From positions 1,216,001 to 1,280,000 of the forward strand of contig OZ240241.1 of assembly GCA_965198115.1 (NCBI GenBank): a DNA stretch of 64,000 nucleotides. Direction: 5' to 3'. Under the pieces are notes generated by a model. That model did not search any database. It saw only the letters and a list, made by a program, of their open reading frames with translations, and was not told the origin of the DNA. Of this stretch, positions 26,710 through 38,583 are shown piece after piece. Origin of the DNA: Candidatus Latescibacterota bacterium. Its GTDB lineage: Bacteria > Latescibacterota > UBA2968. Numbering within the stretch: position 1 is the first letter of the stretch; each line of letters starts with the position of its first letter. A program made the position numbers and the translations under genes.

Positions 26710-27573
26710 TCACTCGCTCACCTCTTCGGTCTCCGGCAGGACTCTGCTCACGAGCGCCCTCAGGAGATCGCTTCGAGTGATGATGCCGGCCACGGTCGAA
26801 TGACCGTCGAGAATCGGCACGCTCCCAACGTGCTCTTCGACCATCACGCGGGCGATCTGATTAACCGTCGTATCCTCGGACGCGGTCAGGATCCTCGTGT
26901 TCACGAGCTCCGAAACAGTTCGTCCAGTCAGGGGCTTCGCGTCCGCCGTGATCGCGTCGGAAACGGCTTCCCGAAGCAGGTCGCGATCAGAGATCATGCC
27001 CAGAATCCTGGAGTCCTCGTGCGAGGCCACAGGAATATGTCGGACCTTTCGGGTCTGCAAAAACTCCCACGCTTGCGCCAGGGTTGCGCTCTCCCGGAGC
27101 GTGTGAACCGGGGTCGACATCACATCGCGGGCAACCAGATGCGTGGGTTGTGGTTGGAGTTCGACACGGTCCAGGTCCTCGTCGACGGTCGAGCGCGCGA
27201 CATCGACCGTCAACTCGGCCTCGAACGCGTCGTGAGACACGGGTCGTCCAGATTCGAGCAGGTTCAGCCCCGTTCCTTTTTCGGGGTCTTCGAGAATCGC
27301 CAACATGCCGGCCACGATGTGCCGACAGACTCCCGCCCCAGTGTAGGTGCAAGTACAGCTGCTCGCAACGGGACCTTCACTCTCCTCCCAGATTCTGATG
27401 TGGTAGTACTTGGACCGACGGACGTAGGCCTTATAGATCCCCTCTTCGAGCGTCAGATTGTGCACCCTGCCTCGACGAAAATACTCCTCACCACGAGCAA
27501 ACTCGTGTGGATTGGAAAGGGCTCGAACTGACGCGGCAGTAAAGTCAGGCATGCGTTCGGCCCCCTGTCTCAT
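26710..27573 (-). CDS. SWIM zinc finger fused to a CBS domain pair
   Basis: FARGEEY, CTC..x..CRH (SWIM); VARDVMSTPV, RHIPV, GMISDRDLL, GIITRSDLL (CBS). Start may be 27552. Confidence 0.75.
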   Translation of the reverse strand: MRQGAERMPDFTAASVRALSNPHEFARGEEYFRRGRVHNLTLEEGIYKAYVRRSKYYHIRIWEESEGPVASSCTCTYTGAGVCRHIVAGMLAILEDPEKGTGLNLLESGRPVSHDAFEAELTVDVARSTVDEDLDRVELQPQPTHLVARDVMSTPVHTLRESATLAQAWEFLQTRKVRHIPVASHEDSRILGMISDRDLLREAVSDAITADAKPLTGRTVSELVNTRILTASEDTTVNQIARVMVEEHVGSVPILDGHSTVAGIITRSDLLRALVSRVLPETEEVSE

Positions 27574-27677
27574 CGTTCACTTTCGGACACCTCCTGGTTC
27601 CGTAACGTGTGTTTCGGAGCCACGAAAGCCCTCCGGTACGCTTCGCATGCTTCGAACGCGCCCCTTGCTTCACGCGG

Positions 27678-30600
27678 TTACCAATCCTTGCGCCAAGTGA
27701 TGAACAGTTTCGATTTCTGGTCCCCTTCGTCATCGAATCCTACGCGCGATTCCAGCGTCAAATCGGGTAAAAGCTCGTACTCCACCGTGAATTCCCGAGC
27801 GTCCGTGCCGATGGGGTCGTCGTAAGATACAAAGATCCGGTCGCTAATGTACTTCCCAACCTGCACACGCGACACGCGAGCCTCACCGGCCATCTCCAAC
27901 TGAACCAGGTCGAGGTTCAGTTGCTCGCCGATGCGCTCCTTGAGCTGGTTAGCCGCCAGGCCCACCACCAACCCCGCGGATTGTTCGCCGAACACGCCCT
28001 GCTGACCCGTGAGAAAGTCGTCGGGCGGGCGCCCGAGGAGAATGTAGGAAAGGATCGTGGCCTGATCCCCGACGGGAGGATCACTTTCCAGGGTGATCTC
28101 GGGCTGAGTGATCGTACCTCCGACGATAACCCGGATCGTCAGGTCTTCGCGATTGGCGGGCAGATCCGCATCCTGAACGATGGGCAGCCGGGTCGCACCC
28201 ACGATCGACACACTGGGGTCGACCGTCCCCGATCCGAGGAAATCGATCTGACCTCGCTCGATGCGGAAGTCCCGGTTCTGGAACCGGTAAGCCCCGCGCA
28301 GACTCGACAGGGATCCAAACAGTCTAACCCCGTCGGAATCGCGAAGCAGGTCCACGTCTCCGTTCAATTCGACGTTCAGGTTCTCGTCACGCACCCAGAC
28401 CTGGTTTTGCGCGACCAGTTGTAACGAACTGATCAGATTCTTGAAAAATGGGACCGTTCTCCACACGCTTTCGGGGTCAGCTGGCGTTTCCAGCATGGAC
28501 AAGAACCGGATCTCGGACTGCAGGAAATTGACGACACCCGAGACAGACGGCGTGTCCACCGAACCGGTCAGTCGCACGTCGGCGTCGACCCTCGCCTGGA
28601 ATTCCGGCAGATTGACCCCCTTGAAGTCGACGGCCCCCAGACCCAGATCGAGGCGACGCACATCGACGAGTGAGTCGGAGACCACAAAATTGAACGGGGT
28701 CAGATCGATGTGGCCTACCGCTTCGATGCGTCCTTCACCGCCGACGGCTACGGCGTGTTCGATCTCGACGCCACGGGGTGAGATCACCAGGCTGGCTGAC
28801 ACATCCGATAGCTTTTGCGCCAAAGCCTTGATCGTCGCGACACCCTCGCTGATCTTCACCGAGCCAGTGCCCGTGGCCTCGCGGGGATTTCCCGAAACGA
28901 GAACGTTCACGTCCGCCGTACCCGCCACCTCGGCCAGCCACGGAACCCAGCCCTCTGCCTGGCTCAAATCGATCCTGCTTCCCTGGACGGCCAGGTCGAT
29001 TTCTCCACGGCTATCGACCGAGCCTGCTTCGAAGGGAATCGAACCCGAGAGTTGGACCACGCCCTCGCCCGACCACGCGTCCAGTTCAATCTTGGCGACC
29101 GGGGAAGCGTAGGCGACTTCCACCTCGACCGAATCGACGAACAGGTCTGCCCACTGGAAATCCCTGACCTCCACCCCCGCGACGAGATCCGCCTCGTTGC
29201 CCCGACCTCCGAAACTTGCCTTGCCCGACACGAGGCCGCCCAACGCCTCGTGCGCTCCATACACGAATGCCCACGGACGCAGGTCGACGTCATCGACAAT
29301 CACGTCGAGCGTCTCCGTGCTGTCGGACCGGCTGCTCGCCAGGAGTGAACCTCCTGGCCCCCCGAACGACAGCCGTTGAATGCGGAGCCCTTCCCCGGGC
29401 GACCAGGTCATGGATCCCGGCCCGTCGTTTGCAACCATCACCTCTCCCGATCGGACGAGCAGGGAATCGACCGTGATCGTCGTGCGTTCGGGGGTTCGAA
29501 GAGCCCCACCCCATAGCTGCAGCCGATCTTCGGATGCGGATGCATTTCCGATCAGAAATGTGAGTTGGCCCCCCTCGTCGACGATATCGGCGTACAGACC
29601 ACGAAGTTCTCTTCCCGCCCACGTCAGAGTGTGGGCACGGAGAGACAGCCCGGCGTGTTCGGTTCGATGGAGACGCAGTCGCGGCCGCACGAGAGGAGCA
29701 CCCAGGAACCTGAGCGTGTCGGTCTCGACAGTGATCTCGAGATCGGGCGACAACCAGGGTCCGAACGCGGTGGCCACGAGTGTGGCCTCCTCTGGGAGTG
29801 AAATCCAATTCGGCACTGGGAATCCGTTCAGGGACCGAATTTCGCCGCGGACGGCCACGTCCCACGACCGGTCGAGGACAAAGCTCCCCGAAGCTTCGTA
29901 GCGCGCGGTCCTCCCCACTGCCAGCATCGTGTCGATTCTCACGTGTTTTCCCGCCAGCTCTACCGTGACGCGAACCGAATCGGCGCCCAGGAGCGGCGAG
30001 GAAGGCTGGAACAGGAGATCGGCCCACCGTGACCTCGCACCCAGCACGCCCCTTGTCTCGTAAATCCGACCGGCGAGACCGATGGAATCGGGACTCACTC
30101 CCTCGTCCCAACCGACAGGACACAAGCTGCCCTCCACTCGAAGGTCGAGGCCCCCTACAGAATCCGAAGCCGCTGGCGTGAGCTGACCAGCGGCGGATAC
30201 GCGGAAGAGGTCGCCCATCCCCGCCCACGCGAGCGACTCCAAATGGCCCCCGCGATCTGTGAAAACCGCTCTCGCGCTCAACGACCCCGCCTCCATCCCC
30301 GCGACTTCCACCGAATCGAGCACAACGGCAGCTGTTGTCTGCCCCGTGTCTAAATGAACCTGTATCCGACCCGTGACCGCCGAGGCTGGACCTTCGAACG
30401 CCGCCAGGTCGAACCGGTCGACGTTTCCTACCAGACGACCAACTCCAGTCGTCGGATCGAACCCGAGCTGCAGGTTGGCGCGCCCCGTCCCATCGGTAAC
30501 GGCTATGGTTCCATCGACGTGATCGTCGGAGTAAGCAATTCGGGCACGCACGGAATCGAGCTGTCCGTTCAAGAAAGAAGCAGGCGCAAGAGTCACCCTC

Positions 30601-31604
30601 GACGAACCCGTCACCCAGCCGCTCGACTCGACCAGCCGAGCTTCCACAGACACGTCACCCCCGAGGGGCACTCCGACCAGGGGGCCCAGGTTGACGTCCC
30701 TCCCCGTCATGCGCACGTTCAAGTCATACGGGTGGTGCCAAATGTTACCCGTAGCCTGGCCCTCTCCTGCCGCTGCCCCAGCCACCCATTCGAAAACGAT
30801 TTCCAGCCGATTCAACGGTCCCGAAAAGGTCCCGCTCACCCAGCCATCGGTCTGAGGCGCATCGATTCCGAAGTAGGTCAGAGGCGATTCGGCCGCTCGC
30901 GAATCGGATCGGGCAGTCATCGTGACGCTCGGCGGAGATCCCCACTCGATCGTGCCATCGACCTGGCACGTCGACTTTACGGTCGAAAGTCGAACCGCGT
31001 CGACCGTAACGCGGTTGTCCTCTCTGAGCAGGATCCCATCCAGGTTGGTGATCTCGATTGGCGGATCGAACACGACCGATCGCATTCGGCGCAGAAGAAG
31101 CCGTGACCGACTGAGGTCGTGTTCGAACCCGAGTGCGATGGCCACATCTCCGGCAATCTCCGATTCATCGATGGAGACAACGCCGTGTTCTATCTCCAGC
31201 GCGTCGATCCTGAACGCGGGAAGGACCGGTAGCGTCAAATCACGATCTCCCCCGGAAACGAGATTGATCTGGGGGCTGATGACGGACAATGAGTCGATGT
31301 ATAGACGGCCAAGGAGCAACCAGCCCGGTCGGTATTGCACCCGCGCTTCGCCCAGCTGGAGCTTCATGCCGTTCGGCGCCACCCACGACACACCGCCGAT
31401 ACGCAGCCTGAACAGCGGATTGCCCTCCAGGCTGCGTATCCGGACCTCCCCACCCCCGAGCCGCTCCGCGCTCTTCTGCAGGAGGTGGCGGATCGGTCGG
31501 TTCAGCCCCCCGAAGATGGCCACGGTCACACACAAGCCCGCCCCCACTGCGAACACGAACAGACCCCAGAGAGCCTTACGACGCTTGGTTCCTCGCTCAG
31601 CCAT
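27678..31604 (-). CDS. tamB: Translocation/assembly module TamB
   Basis: N-terminal TM anchor, long beta-taco region, C-terminal GGTITQPEITLESDP..LSYILLGR and VGKYISDRIFVSY. Confidence 0.85.
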   Translation of the reverse strand: MAERGTKRRKALWGLFVFAVGAGLCVTVAIFGGLNRPIRHLLQKSAERLGGGEVRIRSLEGNPLFRLRIGGVSWVAPNGMKLQLGEARVQYRPGWLLLGRLYIDSLSVISPQINLVSGGDRDLTLPVLPAFRIDALEIEHGVVSIDESEIAGDVAIALGFEHDLSRSRLLLRRMRSVVFDPPIEITNLDGILLREDNRVTVDAVRLSTVKSTCQVDGTIEWGSPPSVTMTARSDSRAAESPLTYFGIDAPQTDGWVSGTFSGPLNRLEIVFEWVAGAAAGEGQATGNIWHHPYDLNVRMTGRDVNLGPLVGVPLGGDVSVEARLVESSGWVTGSSRVTLAPASFLNGQLDSVRARIAYSDDHVDGTIAVTDGTGRANLQLGFDPTTGVGRLVGNVDRFDLAAFEGPASAVTGRIQVHLDTGQTTAAVVLDSVEVAGMEAGSLSARAVFTDRGGHLESLAWAGMGDLFRVSAAGQLTPAASDSVGGLDLRVEGSLCPVGWDEGVSPDSIGLAGRIYETRGVLGARSRWADLLFQPSSPLLGADSVRVTVELAGKHVRIDTMLAVGRTARYEASGSFVLDRSWDVAVRGEIRSLNGFPVPNWISLPEEATLVATAFGPWLSPDLEITVETDTLRFLGAPLVRPRLRLHRTEHAGLSLRAHTLTWAGRELRGLYADIVDEGGQLTFLIGNASASEDRLQLWGGALRTPERTTITVDSLLVRSGEVMVANDGPGSMTWSPGEGLRIQRLSFGGPGGSLLASSRSDSTETLDVIVDDVDLRPWAFVYGAHEALGGLVSGKASFGGRGNEADLVAGVEVRDFQWADLFVDSVEVEVAYASPVAKIELDAWSGEGVVQLSGSIPFEAGSVDSRGEIDLAVQGSRIDLSQAEGWVPWLAEVAGTADVNVLVSGNPREATGTGSVKISEGVATIKALAQKLSDVSASLVISPRGVEIEHAVAVGGEGRIEAVGHIDLTPFNFVVSDSLVDVRRLDLGLGAVDFKGVNLPEFQARVDADVRLTGSVDTPSVSGVVNFLQSEIRFLSMLETPADPESVWRTVPFFKNLISSLQLVAQNQVWVRDENLNVELNGDVDLLRDSDGVRLFGSLSSLRGAYRFQNRDFRIERGQIDFLGSGTVDPSVSIVGATRLPIVQDADLPANREDLTIRVIVGGTITQPEITLESDPPVGDQATILSYILLGRPPDDFLTGQQGVFGEQSAGLVVGLAANQLKERIGEQLNLDLVQLEMAGEARVSRVQVGKYISDRIFVSYDDPIGTDAREFTVEYELLPDLTLESRVGFDDEGDQKSKLFITWRKDW

Positions 31605-33376
31605 CAGAACGCCTGGCCCAGACTCAGATGAACTTGATGACGGGACACGAACGAATCCTCGCTCAGTCGTCGAGCCACATCCAGGCGAATCGGTCCAACA
31701 GGACTCAGGTATCGCAACCCAGCGCCGATCGCCCACTTCAGCGTGGCCAGATTGAACGCATCGAGCTCAGCGTCGACTGTCCCCGCGTCGACAAAAACGG
31801 CTGCTCCCAGGTAGCGTCCGAACCTGGCTCGAAGCTCGACACTGCCCTCCAGGCGACTCTTTCCACCAATGACGGCCCCTGCCCCATCGCGCGGCCCCAG
31901 CTCTTCGAATCCCCAGCCACGAACGCTGCTCAGGCCACCTCCGAAGTAACGTTCGATGTTCGGGATATCACCCGACTGACTGAGGTCGAAGAGCGCGCCT
32001 CCCAGAACCTTTGTCGCCAGAACCATCCCGAACGGAAGACCCGTGTAGAATCGGCCCTCGCCCGCCAGCTCCAGAAACTCGCGATCGGACCCGAACAATA
32101 GGCCCTTTTCCTTGAGCGTCAGGTTCACGAGCAGCCCGTCGGAGGGATCGAGGAAATCATCCCGCCGGTCGTTCCGAAAACCGATGGCGTACTCCGTGAA
32201 GGCACTATCGGCCTGGAAGTCGATCAGACCCGCAGAGGTATCGAAAAACAGGGTCGTGCGCGTCTGGATGTTCCGCTCGAAGGAGAGATTCCCGCCCAAT
32301 TCGGTCTGACGGAACTCCTGTCTCTCTTCCCTCGTGACGAACGTCCTGAAACTCATCCAGTTTCGGGAACCGAACACGTAGGGCTGCCTCAGAGAGAGGG
32401 AGGCTTCGTTCTCGATGGCCGACCCGCTCGCCGATAGCGTGAACTGCTGGCCGCCCCCGAAGGCGCTGCGATGGGTCCAGGCCAATCGGCCCTGGAACTG
32501 GCTTTCCGTGTCGTAACCCCCGCCGACACGAATCGTTCGTGGGGAGCGCTCCGAAACCTTGACGATCACGGTGACTTCGTCGTCGGTTGCCAGACTGTCG
32601 GGCACGTTCAGGACCACCGACCGAAACGCCCCGGAAAGGTAGAGCTGACGCCGACTCTGCCGAAGTTTCCGGGCGGAAAAGGCCTGGGAAGGACGGAACG
32701 TCAGGCCTCGAAGGATCGTGTCTTGACCCACCCCCTCGTTCCCCTCGACCTGGGGGAAGGCAAAACGATAGCGATGTCCCGGTTCGATTCGGTAGGTCAC
32801 GGTCGCGCGATGGAGCGCCTGGTCCACGTGGGACTGGACGGACACGGTGGCAAACGCGTATCCCGAGTCGCGAACCGCCTGCAGAAGCAGCAACTGATCG
32901 GCCTCCAAATCGGGCCGAGCCAAACGACGTCCTGGCTTTGTCGAGAGAGATTTCTTCAATCGCTCGGGTAGGAGCAGACCCTCGACTCCGATCTCCCTTA
33001 CCTCCGTTGGCTGGCCCTCATTGATTAGGTAGGAAACACCGACGCGGCCCGAGCGAGATCGATCGACGACCGTGTCGACACGAGCCCCGAGAAAGCCATC
33101 GTCCCTGTAGAAAGCACGGAGCCTCAACAGGTCCGCACGCACCTTCGCCCGGTTGAGTCGATGCGCGTCCACCCACGGCAGCCAAGAAAAGAAAGATGTG
33201 GCTCGGGTTGAGAGAAGGGGTCTGAGTCGATTCGAGGGGACCGACCGGTTGCCGGAGAGCAAAACCTCGCGGACGACCGGCTGCTCGGTCTGGGCGTTCG
33301 CAGGAATGGAGATGGTGAGGAGAGCCAGTGCTAGGAAATGGGCTGGGGGGATATTGCTTGGGGTCCTAACGGGCAT
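31604..33376 (-). CDS. tamA: TamA/BamA (Omp85) family outer-membrane protein
   Basis: POTRA domains, GGLSSVRGW, GAGLRYLSPVGPIRLD, terminal LGQAF; adjacent to tamB. Confidence 0.85.
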   Translation of the reverse strand: MPVRTPSNIPPAHFLALALLTISIPANAQTEQPVVREVLLSGNRSVPSNRLRPLLSTRATSFFSWLPWVDAHRLNRAKVRADLLRLRAFYRDDGFLGARVDTVVDRSRSGRVGVSYLINEGQPTEVREIGVEGLLLPERLKKSLSTKPGRRLARPDLEADQLLLLQAVRDSGYAFATVSVQSHVDQALHRATVTYRIEPGHRYRFAFPQVEGNEGVGQDTILRGLTFRPSQAFSARKLRQSRRQLYLSGAFRSVVLNVPDSLATDDEVTVIVKVSERSPRTIRVGGGYDTESQFQGRLAWTHRSAFGGGQQFTLSASGSAIENEASLSLRQPYVFGSRNWMSFRTFVTREERQEFRQTELGGNLSFERNIQTRTTLFFDTSAGLIDFQADSAFTEYAIGFRNDRRDDFLDPSDGLLVNLTLKEKGLLFGSDREFLELAGEGRFYTGLPFGMVLATKVLGGALFDLSQSGDIPNIERYFGGGLSSVRGWGFEELGPRDGAGAVIGGKSRLEGSVELRARFGRYLGAAVFVDAGTVDAELDAFNLATLKWAIGAGLRYLSPVGPIRLDVARRLSEDSFVSRHQVHLSLGQAF

Positions 33377-34787
33377 CGTCCACGCGATGCAGCTTGAGCA
33401 GGTTCGTCTCCGCTCGAGCGGTGACGGGCGCGCCGGAAAGAATGACAAGACTGTCACCCACGACGACACTGCCCTCTAGGAGCAGGCGAGCCTCAACTTC
33501 GGCGATCATTTCGTCGGTGTCGTGGGCGGCATCTATCAGCCTCGGCTCGGTTCCCCAACTGAGGCAAAGCTGCCGCCAGATGGATTCGTGAGGCGTAAAA
33601 GCGATGATGGGTGTCTTCGGTCGACGTTTCGAGATGAGCCTCGCCGTGGCGCCCGACTGCGTAAAGGCCACGATCGCCTGGGCACCAACCCCTTGAGCGG
33701 CGGTCGTCGCCGCGTGTCCGATGGCATCGGGGAACGACAGGTGCACCTCACCCCCTCGATTACCCGTCGTGTTCGTGGATGACACGTCTGATTCCGTCTC
33801 CAACACGATGCGGGCCATCATCTGGACCGCCTCCACGGGATACTGACCGACGGCCGTTTCTCCTGACAGCATGACCGCATCGGTTCCGTCGTAGATGGCG
33901 TTGGCCACATCGGATGCTTCCGCGCGGGTCGGCCGTGGATTGGTCGTCATCGATTCCAGCATTTGTGTCGCCGTAATGACGAGAACGCCCGATTCGTTGG
34001 CCCTCGAGATGATTCGCTTTTGAATCGCCGGGACCTGCTCGGGCCGCATCTCCACGCCGAGATCACCCCGGGCGACCATCACGCCATCGGCGACTTCAAG
34101 GATTTCGTCGAGCGCATCGACGGCTTCGGCGCGCTCCAGCTTCGCGATGACGGGCACTTCACCGCCCCACTGACGTGCCTCCCGCTTGACGAGGCCGACG
34201 TCGGCCGGGGCGCGAACGAACGACATTGCGACGAGATCCACGCCGTTTTCGATCCCGAATCGAAGATCCTCCCGGTCTTTCTCCGTGAATGAAGGCGCAC
34301 TCACGGCGATCCCCGGAAGATTGATTCCCTTGTTGGACTTCAGGGCCCCACCGACGACCACTTCACACGTCACTGTCGTTTGAGTGACCGTCGTCACGCT
34401 GAGTTCGATCTGGCCATCATCCAGAAGCAGGCGGTCGGCCCGGGATACATCCTTGGGGAGATCGGAATAGGTCGTCCAGATGCTGTCCGAGGAGGGGTCC
34501 TCGGACGTCGTCAGCGTCATGGTCGACCCGGCGAGGAGTTCTCGTGGTTCGGGGTCGACCTTTCCGACGCGAATCTTGGGTCCCTGGAGGTCCTGGAGAA
34601 TCGCAACGGGGCGACGGAGCTCCTCCTCAACCCGCCGGACCAGATCGATCGTCGCCTGGTGTTCGTCGTAACTGCCGTGGGAAAAATTCAGCCGAACGAC
34701 GTCGAGACCCGCCTCGACCAAGGCGAGTAAGACCTCTTCCGATCGACTCGCGGGTCCCAAAGTGCAGATAATTTTAGCTCGTCTCAC
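33366..34787 (-). CDS. pyk: Pyruvate kinase
   Basis: KIICTLGPAS, RLNFSHG, DLQGPKIR, MVARGDLGVE, ATQMLESM, DAVMLSGETA. Confidence 0.97.
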   Translation of the reverse strand: MRRAKIICTLGPASRSEEVLLALVEAGLDVVRLNFSHGSYDEHQATIDLVRRVEEELRRPVAILQDLQGPKIRVGKVDPEPRELLAGSTMTLTTSEDPSSDSIWTTYSDLPKDVSRADRLLLDDGQIELSVTTVTQTTVTCEVVVGGALKSNKGINLPGIAVSAPSFTEKDREDLRFGIENGVDLVAMSFVRAPADVGLVKREARQWGGEVPVIAKLERAEAVDALDEILEVADGVMVARGDLGVEMRPEQVPAIQKRIISRANESGVLVITATQMLESMTTNPRPTRAEASDVANAIYDGTDAVMLSGETAVGQYPVEAVQMMARIVLETESDVSSTNTTGNRGGEVHLSFPDAIGHAATTAAQGVGAQAIVAFTQSGATARLISKRRPKTPIIAFTPHESIWRQLCLSWGTEPRLIDAAHDTDEMIAEVEARLLLEGSVVVGDSLVILSGAPVTARAETNLLKLHRVDDAR

Positions 34788-34850
34788 GTTCGTTCCCCAT
34801 CGGAACATAGGTCATAGACCCCTCGTGGCCTACTGATAATCCCGCATACA

Positions 34851-34884
34851 ACGAGGCCCCTCCGCGTGAGCAGAAGGGCCTCGT
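34851..34884 (-). terminator. Hairpin downstream of clpB (probable terminator)
   Basis: ACGAGGCCC...GGGCCTCGT inverted repeat; weak U-tract. Confidence 0.5.
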
Positions 34885-34902
34885 GTGGGCGTAAAAAAGG
34901 AT

Positions 34903-37524
34903 CTAGGCCGCCTCTTGCCGTTCGTCTGGGACGGGCTCCTGCACCTCGATATTCAGACCGGATTCACAATGATTGACCACGACCACCGCCCCCTCCGATG
35001 GGGGCTCTCCGATCAGGACCCGGGCAAGCGGTGTTTCCACTTCTCTTTGGATGTAGCGCTTGAGCGGCCTGGCCCCGAGGGTCGGGTCGTAGCCCTCTTG
35101 AGCGATGAACTCAACCACGCCAGGCTCCACCCTCAGGCGGAGTCCACGATCCTCGACTCGGCCTGCGAGTTCTTCGATGAACAGTCCAACTATATCTTGT
35201 ATCTCTCTGCGACTCAATGATTTGAACGTAACAATTTCGTCCACACGGTTCAAGAACTCCGGCCGGAACCGAGCTCTGAGCTGGTCCATCACCCTCCCAA
35301 GAACGTCTTGGGGTATCCCCCCATTCGGCGTAACCCCTTCCAGGAGCTCGGGAGACCCGATGTTCGACGTCATGATAACGACGGTGTTCTTGAAGTCGAC
35401 GGTACGTCCCTGCGCATCGGTCAGGCGACCTTCGTCGAGGAGCTGCAACAGCAAATTGAGCACGTCGCCGTGAGCCTTTTCGACCTCGTCGAACAGAATC
35501 ACTGAATAGGGTTGCCTCCGTATCGCCTCCGTGAGCTGACCACCCTCGTCATAGCCGACATAACCGGGAGGCGCCCCGATCAGGCGTGATACCGTGTGTC
35601 TTTCCATGTATTCGCTCATATCGATCCTGACCGTGTAATCCTCGCTGTCGAACAGAGCCCACGCCAAGGTTCGAGCCAGTTCCGTCTTCCCCACACCCGT
35701 CGGGCCAAGGAACACGAACGACCCGATAGGACGTCGCGGATCCTTGATGCCCGCTCTCGCCCGAATCACGGCGTCGGCGACTCGAGAAACGGCTTCTTCC
35801 TGGCCGATTACCCGTTCGTGCAGTAACTCGTCGAGACGAAGTAGTTTTTCGCGTTCTCCTTCGACAAGACGCGTGACCGGGATGCCCGTCCATCGTGAGA
35901 CGATCTCGGCGACCTCAGAGTCGGTCACATTTTCTCTCAGCATCCTTTTCTTATCCGAAGCGGCGTCTTCGGTCTCCTCCATCGCCCTCTCGAGTTCGGG
36001 CAGTCGACCGTGCTTCAGTTCGGCCGCTCGGTTCAGATCGTAGCTACGCTCGGCGGTCTCGATCTCGCGTCTGACCTCTTCAATCTGCTCCCTCAAGGTG
36101 CGGATTTCTTCCAGAGCAGCCTTTTCGGTCTCCCAGCGAGCGCGCATTTCTTCCTTTCTCGTTCGAAGATCGGCGAGGTCCTTTCTGAGCTCTTCCAGGC
36201 GCGTCTGGCTAGCCTTATCCCTTTCGTTCTTGAGTGCCGCCTCCTCGATTTCGAGCTGCATGACGCGGCGGGTCGATTCATCCAGCTCTGCCGGCATAGA
36301 ATCGATCTCGGTCCTGACCATCGCGCACGCCTCATCGACCAGATCGATCGCTTTGTCGGGCAGAAAGCGGTCAGAGATGTAACGATCCGAAAGGACTGCC
36401 GCACTCACCAAGGCATTGTCCTGTATTCCCACACCGTGGTGCAGCTCGAATCGCTCTCGAACACCACGGAGGATGGAGATCGTGTCCTCTACCGTCGCGG
36501 CACCGACCAGGACCGGTTGGAAGCGTCGTTCCAAAGCGGCGTCCTTTTCAATTCGCTGACGGTGCTCGTCAAGTGTTGTAGCCCCGATACAGTGAAGCTC
36601 TCCACGCGCCAGCGACGGCTTGAGCAGATTCCCCGCGTCGGTCGATCCTTCGGTCCTCCCCGCCCCTACGATGTTGTGCACTTCGTCGATGAACAGCAGG
36701 ATGCGACCTTCGCTGGCTTTGACCTCTTGCAGAACGGCCTTAAGACGTTCCTCGAACTCACCACGAAACTTCGCCCCCGCGAGGAGCGCGCCCAGATCGA
36801 GTGAGAAGATGACACGGTTTTTCAGCCATTCAGGCACGTCCCCATTCACGATCCTTTGAGCCAATCCCTCGACGATGGCCGTCTTCCCCACACCCGGTTC
36901 GCCGATGAGCACGGGGTTGTTCTTCGTTTTTCTCGATAGAATCCGTATAACTCGACGGATTTCCACATCTCTTCCGATCACCGGATCCAGTTTCCCGGCA
37001 CGGGCTTCAGCCACGAGATCGACGCCATACTTCCCAAGGGCGTCATAGGACCCCTCGGGGGTGGAGCTGGTGACCCGCTGGTTTCCCCTAACAGCGGTGA
37101 GCCGAGCCAGAAAAGCATCTCGTGTGACGCCCAGCGGCGTAAGTCGTGCTTCGATCCGACCGTCTGAGAGGAGAGAAAGAAAAAGATGCTCCACGGACAC
37201 ATATTCATCCCGAAGCCGACCAGCCTCATCTTCGGATTTCGTCAATACCGTCTGCAGGGCCTGGGTGACGTAGACCCTTCCGGCCTCAACCCCGCCACCG
37301 CCGACCCTCGGGAGACGGGCGACCTCTTCTTCGGCCACCTCGATCACTCGGCGCACATCGACGTCCATTCGCCCGAGCACCGCCGGAACCAGCCCCTCGT
37401 CCTGTTCCAGGAGGGCCACCAGTAGGTGTGAGAGATCGACCTCCTGGTTTCCCGATCGAACCGCCCGAGACTGAGCGGCCTGGATAGCCTCCTGGGATCG
37501 TTCTGTGAGTTTAGACGCGTTCAT
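34903..37524 (-). CDS. clpB: ATP-dependent chaperone ClpB
   Basis: Two Walker A motifs ([16 protein letters not shown]) and a long coiled-coil middle domain. Confidence 0.97.
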   Translation of the reverse strand: MNASKLTERSQEAIQAAQSRAVRSGNQEVDLSHLLVALLEQDEGLVPAVLGRMDVDVRRVIEVAEEEVARLPRVGGGGVEAGRVYVTQALQTVLTKSEDEAGRLRDEYVSVEHLFLSLLSDGRIEARLTPLGVTRDAFLARLTAVRGNQRVTSSTPEGSYDALGKYGVDLVAEARAGKLDPVIGRDVEIRRVIRILSRKTKNNPVLIGEPGVGKTAIVEGLAQRIVNGDVPEWLKNRVIFSLDLGALLAGAKFRGEFEERLKAVLQEVKASEGRILLFIDEVHNIVGAGRTEGSTDAGNLLKPSLARGELHCIGATTLDEHRQRIEKDAALERRFQPVLVGAATVEDTISILRGVRERFELHHGVGIQDNALVSAAVLSDRYISDRFLPDKAIDLVDEACAMVRTEIDSMPAELDESTRRVMQLEIEEAALKNERDKASQTRLEELRKDLADLRTRKEEMRARWETEKAALEEIRTLREQIEEVRREIETAERSYDLNRAAELKHGRLPELERAMEETEDAASDKKRMLRENVTDSEVAEIVSRWTGIPVTRLVEGEREKLLRLDELLHERVIGQEEAVSRVADAVIRARAGIKDPRRPIGSFVFLGPTGVGKTELARTLAWALFDSEDYTVRIDMSEYMERHTVSRLIGAPPGYVGYDEGGQLTEAIRRQPYSVILFDEVEKAHGDVLNLLLQLLDEGRLTDAQGRTVDFKNTVVIMTSNIGSPELLEGVTPNGGIPQDVLGRVMDQLRARFRPEFLNRVDEIVTFKSLSRREIQDIVGLFIEELAGRVEDRGLRLRVEPGVVEFIAQEGYDPTLGARPLKRYIQREVETPLARVLIGEPPSEGAVVVVNHCESGLNIEVQEPVPDERQEAA

Positions 37525-38500
37525 CCGAATACTCCTTCCCACTTCCCGAGGGGATCGAGGCATGCGATACGCGCTCTAACCCCTCGTAGAGTTCTCTTTC
37601 TTGAGCGGACAATGTTTTCTGCATCACGATCCTGAATTCGACATACAGATCGCCCGTGCACCCGGAGGCGGGAAATCCCTTGCCCCGAACACGCACGACA
37701 TCCCCGGAGGATGTGCCTTCAGGGACACGTATCCGCACACGGTCGACCAGTGTTTCGACGATGACCTCTCCGCCGAGAGCGGCCTGCCAGGGCTCGATGC
37801 TCGCGGTTGCGAACAGATCGCACCCCTCGAGCCGGAGATGCTCGCTCGGGACCACCTGAACACGGAGATAGAGATCGCCCGGTGCCATCGATCCGATACC
37901 CTTCCCCCCTTGCCCCGTCATCCGGATTCTTTCTCCGTGACGGGTGCCCGCGGGGATCTTGACCGTGTAGGTCGTTCGATGACCCGTTCGGGGGTCCACC
38001 TTAGTCACCTGTTTCTGTCCCCCGAGGGCGGCTTCTTCCAAGGTCACCTGAATCGTCGACTCCTGATCTTCACCCCGTCGACCAGTCCAGCTGAACGTGC
38101 CTCCCGAATCGAAGCTCCCGTGGTAGGTAGACATAGGTTGAGCGAATTCTTCGAAACCAGAATTCGAAAAGTGAGCTTCCCTCCCGAACAGATGCTCCAG
38201 AATGTCGAAAAAGCTCCCAAACTCGGCCGCATTGAACCCTTCTCCAAACTGCACGCCGCCCCCACCCCGCTCGTGTCTCGCCTGCCATGCGTCTCCATAC
38301 CGATCGTAGCGTGCCCGTTTTTCAGGATCCTTGAGTACATGGTATGCCTCCCCGATGTCCTTGAACCGGGCCTCGGCGTCCTTTTCCTTGCTGACGTCGG
38401 GATGATACCGTCTGGCCAGATCACGATAGGTCTTCCGGATCTCCTCTTGTGTGGCGGTCTTGGGAAGCCCGAGAATGGTGTAGTAATCCTTGAAGTCCAT
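37511..38500 (-). CDS. DnaJ-class co-chaperone (CbpA-like, no zinc finger)
   Basis: MDFKDYY, HPD motif, G/F region, two DnaJ_C repeats (GDLY). Confidence 0.92.
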   Translation of the reverse strand: MDFKDYYTILGLPKTATQEEIRKTYRDLARRYHPDVSKEKDAEARFKDIGEAYHVLKDPEKRARYDRYGDAWQARHERGGGGVQFGEGFNAAEFGSFFDILEHLFGREAHFSNSGFEEFAQPMSTYHGSFDSGGTFSWTGRRGEDQESTIQVTLEEAALGGQKQVTKVDPRTGHRTTYTVKIPAGTRHGERIRMTGQGGKGIGSMAPGDLYLRVQVVPSEHLRLEGCDLFATASIEPWQAALGGEVIVETLVDRVRIRVPEGTSSGDVVRVRGKGFPASGCTGDLYVEFRIVMQKTLSAQERELYEGLERVSHASIPSGSGKEYSDERV

Positions 38501-38583
38501 GGTTTGCCGTTCATAGAAAGAGCCACGCGAGCATCGTCGCGTGGCCCGATCGTGCAAGCAAGGTTGGTCTGCCGCGTTGGGTG

